Source: Nitrosospira multiformis ATCC 25196
GTDB lineage: Bacteria > Pseudomonadota > Gammaproteobacteria > Burkholderiales > Nitrosomonadaceae
Direction of reading: 5' to 3'
NCBI RefSeq assembly: GCF_000196355.1
Contig: NC_007614.1
Coordinates: 1,230,001 to 1,262,000, forward strand
Length of the DNA: 32,000 nucleotides
The notes below the pieces were generated by a model. That model saw only the letters and a list, made by a program, of their open reading frames with translations. It was not told the DNA's origin and made no database searches. Of the stretch, positions 27,280-32,000 are shown piece after piece. Within the stretch, counting starts at the first letter, position 1; each line of letters opens with the position of its first letter. Position numbers and translations under genes: made by a program.

Positions 27280-27633
27280 TTGGAAACACTGATCTGGATA
27301 CTACATGTCTTGTCCGCAGCGGGCGTAATCGTCCTGGTTCTGCTGCAGCACGGCAAAGGCGCGGATATGGGCGCGGCTTTTGGCAGTGGCTCGTCAGGAA
27401 GTTTGTTTGGCGCCAGTGGTTCCGCGAACTTCCTCAGCCGGACGACAGGCGTTCTGGCTGCCGTATTTTTCATGACCAGCCTTGGCCTGACCTATCTTTC
27501 CACCAACAGGAGCGAGAGTGGAGGAGTGATGGACAAAGCTGTGCCGATTCAATCTGTCAAGCCCGCGGAGCCCGCTCCGCCAGCGCCTGCAGCAGAAGAG
27601 GAACCTTCCAAGGCAACAGAAATACCTGAGTAA
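27280..27633 (+). CDS. secG: Preprotein translocase subunit SecG
   Basis: The 117-aa ORF has a TTG start with a GGAG RBS. It has two TM helices and the Gly-rich loop LLQHGKGADMGAAFGSGSSGSLFGASG. The tpiA-secG-tRNA-Leu-nuoA order is conserved. Confidence 0.93.
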   Translation: METLIWILHVLSAAGVIVLVLLQHGKGADMGAAFGSGSSGSLFGASGSANFLSRTTGVLAAVFFMTSLGLTYLSTNRSESGGVMDKAVPIQSVKPAEPAPPAPAAEEEPSKATEIPE

Positions 27634-27730
27634 GTTAATGCTGAGCTAATTGAACAACCGGTTGGAATTGTGTTCTAACCAGATTACGTTCCGACCCGGT
27701 GTTCAGATTAAACGGCATTCAGATTAAGCT

Positions 27731-27815
27731 GCCGACGTGGTGGAATTGGTAGACACGCCGTCTTGAGGGGGCGGTGGCGAAAGCTGTGCGAGTTCGAGTC
27801 TCGCCGTCGGCACCA
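27731..27815 (+). tRNA. tRNA-Leu (anticodon GAG), class II with long variable arm, CCA encoded
   Basis: I folded it by hand. The acceptor stem is GCCGACG/CGTCGGC. The D-loop is AATTGGTAGA. The anticodon stem is CCGTC/GGCGG and the loop is TTGAGGG. The variable arm is TGGCGAAAGCTGTGC. The T arm is GCGAG-TTCGAGT-CTCGC and the 3' end is ACCA. Confidence 0.95.
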
Positions 27816-27921
27816 TTTGCAGCAACAGGGCTGAGTATCAGGCCAGCAGAAGATACCGACAAAGGTATATAAACGCTACCTGGAAACAAGTCTTATATTT
27901 GTTCGATAGCTAACACATTAC

Positions 27922-28278
27922 ATGCTCGAAAACTATTTTCCTATTCTGTTGTTTATCCTGCTTGGCCTTGCCATAGGAGCTTTGGCAATGGGTTTTGGCT
28001 GGCTGTTCGGTCCCAATCGTCCGGACAGCGAAAAACTGTCTCCATATGAATGCGGATTCGAGGCATTTGAAGACGCACGCATGAAATTCGACGTGCGCTA
28101 CTACCTGGTAGCTATTCTATTTATTCTGTTCGATCTGGAGATAGCGTTTCTGTTCCCATGGGCAGTGGTACTGAATGAAATCGGTCTGTTCGGTTTTATT
28201 GCAATGATGGTTTTTCTCGGCATCCTTGTCGTCGGCTTCATCTACGAGTGGACGAAGGGCGCTCTGGAGTGGGATTGA
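27922..28278 (+). CDS. nuoA: NADH-quinone oxidoreductase subunit A
   Basis: The 118-aa ORF has 3 TM segments. It contains YECGF and the FLFPW motif. Confidence 0.95.
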   Translation: MLENYFPILLFILLGLAIGALAMGFGWLFGPNRPDSEKLSPYECGFEAFEDARMKFDVRYYLVAILFILFDLEIAFLFPWAVVLNEIGLFGFIAMMVFLGILVVGFIYEWTKGALEWD

Positions 28279-28282
28279 GGCC

Positions 28283-28759
28283 ATGAGTACGAACGGAGTA
28301 ATGGAAAAAGGCTTTGTCACTACCAGCCTTGACTCGGTCATCAACTGGGGGCGTACCGGCTCGATGTGGCCGATGACTTTTGGCCTGGCATGCTGCGCCG
28401 TCGAAATGATGCAGGCAGGCGCATCCCGTTACGATCTCGACCGCTTTGGAATTGTGTTTCGTCCCAGCCCGCGTCAGTCGGACGTCATGATTGTTGCCGG
28501 AACCCTTTGTAATAAAATGGCGCCTGCCCTCCGCAAGGTGTATGACCAGATGGCGGAGCCGCGCTGGGTGATATCCATGGGCTCCTGCGCCAATGGCGGC
28601 GGTTATTATCATTACTCCTACTCGGTGGTGCGTGGATGTGATCGTATCGTCCCGGTCGATATTTATGTTCCCGGTTGCCCGCCTACCGCAGAAGCCCTGC
28701 TGTACGGCATTATCCAGCTCCAGAACAAGATCCATCGCACCAATACCATCGCTCGTTAG
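28283..28759 (+). CDS. nuoB: NADH-quinone oxidoreductase subunit B
   Basis: The N2 cluster ligands are present: [18 protein letters not shown] and GCPP. The start is the ATG at 28283 ([11 protein letters not shown]...). The track start at 28226 overlaps nuoA. Confidence 0.95.
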   Translation: MSTNGVMEKGFVTTSLDSVINWGRTGSMWPMTFGLACCAVEMMQAGASRYDLDRFGIVFRPSPRQSDVMIVAGTLCNKMAPALRKVYDQMAEPRWVISMGSCANGGGYYHYSYSVVRGCDRIVPVDIYVPGCPPTAEALLYGIIQLQNKIHRTNTIAR

Positions 28760-28767
28760 GCTCATCT

Positions 28768-29385
28768 ATGTCGTCCACTCGTCTGGAAACGCTCGCCCTT
28801 TGCCTTCAGAATGTGTTGGCGGATAAACTTGCCAACGTCGATCAGCAACTGGACCAGCTCATCATTACGGTGTCTCCGGTTAACCTGTTGCCGGTGATGA
28901 GCGTCTTGCGCGACCATCCCGAACTGGGTTTCGAGATGCTCATCGACCTGTGTGGAGTGGATTACTCCATCTATGGAGTAGAGCCCACTTCGGAGCAGGG
29001 ACGTGAGGGCAAACGCTTCGCTGTCGTTTATCACCTGCTTTCGATCCGGCATAACCGCAGAGTGCGTGTAAAGGCATTCCCCGAGGATGACGAATTTCCG
29101 GTTGTGGTCTCGGTAATAGATATATGGCCTTCCGCCAACTGGTTTGAACGCGAAGCATTCGATCTTTATGGCATCGTGTTCACCGGTCACCCCGACCTGC
29201 GCCGTATCCTCACGGATTACGGATTTATCGGTAACCCATTCCGCAAGGATTTTCCGCTCAGTGGCAATGTGGAGATGCGCTACGATCCCGACCAACAGCG
29301 GGTCGTCTATCAGCCGGTCACCATAGAACCGCGCCAGATCACGCCGCGCGTTATCCGGGAAGAGCATTATGGGGACTCTGAATGA
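28768..29385 (+). CDS. nuoC: NADH-quinone oxidoreductase subunit C
   Basis: It contains [26 protein letters not shown]. The start is the ATG at 28768 (MSSTRLETL...). The track start at 28675 overlaps nuoB. It is separate from nuoD rather than fused. Confidence 0.94.
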   Translation: MSSTRLETLALCLQNVLADKLANVDQQLDQLIITVSPVNLLPVMSVLRDHPELGFEMLIDLCGVDYSIYGVEPTSEQGREGKRFAVVYHLLSIRHNRRVRVKAFPEDDEFPVVVSVIDIWPSANWFEREAFDLYGIVFTGHPDLRRILTDYGFIGNPFRKDFPLSGNVEMRYDPDQQRVVYQPVTIEPRQITPRVIREEHYGDSE

Positions 29386-29406
29386 GATTTTTGTGGGCTG
29401 TTAACG

Positions 29407-30660
29407 ATGGCTGAGATACGTAATTACACGATGAACTTCGGCCCGCAGCATCCGGCCGCCCACGGTGTCTTGCGACTGGTGCTGGAGCTCGACGGGGAAG
29501 TCATACAACGTGCCGATCCGCACATCGGTCTGCTGCATCGTGCAACGGAAAAGCTTGCCGAGTACAAGACATATATCCAGTCAGTCCCTTACATGGACAG
29601 ATTGGACTACGTCTCCATGATGGCCAACGAGCACGCGTATGTGATGGCGATCGAGAAGTTGCTTCAACTCGAAGTGCCCATACGCGCGCAGTATATCCGG
29701 GTGATGTTCGACGAAATCACGCGGATACTCAATCATCTTCTGTGGCTGGGAGCACACGCGCTGGATGTGGGCGCGATGACGGTATTCCTTTACGCTTTCC
29801 GTGACCGGGAAGACTTGATGGATGCCTACGAATCGGTTTCGGGCGCAAGGATGCATGCCGCTTACTATCGGCCTGGCGGCGTTTATCGGGACTTGCCGGA
29901 TTCAATGCCGCAGTATAAGGCGTCAAAAATTCACGACGAAAAAACAACCAAGGCGCGCAATGAAAACCGCCAGGGTTCGCTGCTCGATTTCATCGAAGAC
30001 TTCACCAACCGGTTTCCCACGTACGTCGATGAGTACGAGACCCTGCTTACCGATAACCGTATCTGGAAACAGAGACTGGTAGGCATTGGAACGGTTTCGC
30101 CCGAGCGGGCCATGGCTCTGGGATTCACCGGCCCCATGCTGCGCGGGTCCGGCGTCGAATGGGATCTGCGGAAGAAGCAGCCCTATGAAGTTTATGATCA
30201 GCTCGATTTCGATATACCTGTCGGCGTCAATGGGGATTGCTACGACCGCTATCTGGTCCGGATCGAAGAATTCCGGCAGTCCAATCGCATCATCAGGCAA
30301 TGTGTCGACTGGCTTCGTAAAAATCCGGGGCCGGTCATAACGGATAACCACAAGGTCGCGCCGCCTTCCCGTGTGAACATGAAGCAGAACATGGAGGAAC
30401 TGATCCATCATTTCAAGCTTTTCACTGAAGGGTTTCACGTGCCGCCCGGTGAAACCTATGCGGCAGTCGAGCACCCGAAAGGGGAATTCGGCATTTACCT
30501 GATATCGGATGGCGCCAACATGCCTTACCGCATGAAAATCCGCGCTCCCGGCTTTGCCCATCTGGCAGCGCTGGACGAGATGTCGCGCGGCCATATGATT
30601 GCCGATGTGGTTGCCATCATTGGTACCCAGGATATTGTGTTTGGTGAAATAGACAGATGA
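29407..30660 (+). CDS. nuoD: NADH-quinone oxidoreductase subunit D
   Basis: The ORF is 417 aa. It contains [29 protein letters not shown] and GEFGIYL. Confidence 0.97.
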   Translation: MAEIRNYTMNFGPQHPAAHGVLRLVLELDGEVIQRADPHIGLLHRATEKLAEYKTYIQSVPYMDRLDYVSMMANEHAYVMAIEKLLQLEVPIRAQYIRVMFDEITRILNHLLWLGAHALDVGAMTVFLYAFRDREDLMDAYESVSGARMHAAYYRPGGVYRDLPDSMPQYKASKIHDEKTTKARNENRQGSLLDFIEDFTNRFPTYVDEYETLLTDNRIWKQRLVGIGTVSPERAMALGFTGPMLRGSGVEWDLRKKQPYEVYDQLDFDIPVGVNGDCYDRYLVRIEEFRQSNRIIRQCVDWLRKNPGPVITDNHKVAPPSRVNMKQNMEELIHHFKLFTEGFHVPPGETYAAVEHPKGEFGIYLISDGANMPYRMKIRAPGFAHLAALDEMSRGHMIADVVAIIGTQDIVFGEIDR

Positions 30661-30687
30661 CGTACTGAAGGTGAAACGGCTATCAAC

Positions 30688-31164
30688 ATGCTAAGCGCAG
30701 AGTCTCTGAAAAAAATCGATTACGAGTTGACCAAGTATCCCGCAGACCAGAAGCAATCCGCGGTAATGTCGGCGCTCGCCATCGCCCAGGATGAGAAAGG
30801 GTGGCTGACCACCGAAACGATGGATTTTGTGGCGGAGTACTTGGGCATGCCGTCGATCGCCGTATACGAAGTGGCTACTTTCTACACCATGTACAATTTG
30901 CAGCCCATCGGAAAATACAAGATCACGGTCTGCACGAATCTTCCATGTGCGCTGTCCGGCGCAAACGAGGCAGTCGCCCATTTCCGGGAAAAGCTGGGAA
31001 TAGGCTTCAACGAAACCACTGCGGACGGAAAATTTACCTTGAAAGAAGGGGAGTGTATGGGTGCATGTGGAGATGCGCCGGTTCTCCTGGTCAATAACAA
31101 ACGCATGTGCAGTTTCATGTCCAACGACAAGATCGACCAGTTGCTGGAGGATTTGAGCAAATGA
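30688..31164 (+). CDS. nuoE: NADH-quinone oxidoreductase subunit E
   Basis: The ORF is 158 aa. The [2Fe-2S] ligand pattern CTNLPC...[10 protein letters not shown] is present. Confidence 0.95.
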   Translation: MLSAESLKKIDYELTKYPADQKQSAVMSALAIAQDEKGWLTTETMDFVAEYLGMPSIAVYEVATFYTMYNLQPIGKYKITVCTNLPCALSGANEAVAHFREKLGIGFNETTADGKFTLKEGECMGACGDAPVLLVNNKRMCSFMSNDKIDQLLEDLSK

Positions 31165-32000
31165 ACCAGCCTGCCCAGATACTGCTGGCCGGATTGAATC
31201 CATCGGATCCCAACGATTGGCGGCTGAATAATTACGAACAGCGTGAAGGATATGCTGCGCTCAGAAAAATCCTGAGCGATAAAATTCCTCCGGAAAAGAT
31301 CATCGAGGAGGTAAAGAAATCCGCCTTGCGGGGTCGCGGCGGAGCCGGTTTTCCGACCGGGTTGAAATGGAGTTTCATGCCCAAGCAGTACGAAGGCGAC
31401 AAATACCTGGTATGCAATTCGGATGAAGGCGAACCTGGCACCTTCAAGGATCGTGACATCATGCGTTACAACCCTCATATGCTGATCGAGGGCATGCTGA
31501 TCGGAGCCTATGCGATGGGCATCAGGGCGGGCTACAACTACGTGCATGGCGAAATCTGGGACGTCTACGAGCGCATGGAGGAGGCAGTGGATGAAGCCCG
31601 TGCGGCGGGTTATCTCGGGGATAACATCCTCGGTTCCGATTTCAGCTTCCAGTTATACAACCATCATGGCTACGGCGCCTATATCTGCGGCGAGGAAACA
31701 GCGCTGCTCGAGTCGCTGGAGGGCAAAAAAGGTCAGCCGCGCTTCAAGCCGCCTTTTCCCGCAAGTTTCGGTCTCTATGGTAAACCGACTACCATCAACA
31801 ACACGGAGACATTCGCGTCGGTCCCCTGGATTATCAGGCACGGGGGTGACAAGTTTCTGCAACTGGGTAAGCCAAACAATGGCGGAACCAAGATTTTTTC
31901 CGTTTCCGGGCACGTGAACAAGCCCGGCAATTATGAAGTGCCTCTTGGCACGCCATTCGCAGCCTTGCTGGAGATGGCTGGTGGCATGCGCGGCGGACGC
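31161..32000 (+). CDS. nuoF: NADH-quinone oxidoreductase subunit F (5' part; continues past the window end)
   Basis: It is not in the track because there is no in-window stop. The ATG at 31161 overlaps the nuoE stop (ATGA). My hand translation is [34 protein letters not shown]...[17 protein letters not shown]...[13 protein letters not shown]...[21 protein letters not shown]. These segments include the NADH/FMN-binding signatures. Confidence 0.93.
   Translation, partial: MNQPAQILLAGLNPSDPNDWRLNNYEQREGYAALRKILSDKIPPEKIIEEVKKSALRGRGGAGFPTGLKWSFMPKQYEGDKYLVCNSDEGEPGTFKDRDIMRYNPHMLIEGMLIGAYAMGIRAGYNYVHGEIWDVYERMEEAVDEARAAGYLGDNILGSDFSFQLYNHHGYGAYICGEETALLESLEGKKGQPRFKPPFPASFGLYGKPTTINNTETFASVPWIIRHGGDKFLQLGKPNNGGTKIFSVSGHVNKPGNYEVPLGTPFAALLEMAGGMRGGR

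Noticed and set aside
30882-31547. 221-aa - strand ORF across the nuoE/nuoF junction
   Set aside because: It is antisense to two motif-supported complex I subunits and has no independent support.

Overview
This window reads as chromosomal DNA from a betaproteobacterial ammonia oxidiser. The HAO sequence differs from the Nitrosomonas europaea HAO as I remember it, so it is probably Nitrosospira-like; that is an inference only. Almost everything is encoded on the + strand and falls into three blocks. (1) 1-13.9 kb is a conserved housekeeping block: rne (partial, - strand) divergent from rluC, then sppA, a convergent yceF/maf plus TP-methylase pair, and yceD-rpmF-plsX-fabH-fabD-fabG-acpP-fabF-mltG. 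(2) 13.9-26.3 kb is a metabolic block that interrupts the usual mltG-tmk-holB synteny. It holds malyl-CoA lyase plus malate thiokinase (mcl-mtkAB), a small tail-anchored coiled-coil ORF, the hydroxylamine oxidation cluster hao-haoB(orf2)-cycA(c554)-cycB(cM552), and a pstCAB phosphate permease with no pstS or phoU. (3) 26.5-32 kb is tpiA-secG-tRNA-Leu(GAG)-nuoABCDEF, with nuoF running off the right edge. I see no CRISPR array, defence system, transposase or integrase. The parts that ordinary annotation does not explain are listed here. First, the 877-bp non-coding spacer between haoB and cycA, which contains a terminator, a GC-rich tandem repeat with a third copy about 16.5 kb away, a perfect 15-bp dyad and a hexanucleotide repeat. 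Second, serine-cycle-type mcl-mtkAB next to hao in a chemolithoautotroph. Third, the uncharacterised haoB and the tail-anchored ORF. Fourth, a Pho-box-like promoter lying inside the ORF-track version of pstC. Several ORF-track starts are N-terminal over-extensions and are corrected below. rne, rpmF, nuoF and the tRNA are missing from the track and were read directly from the sequence.
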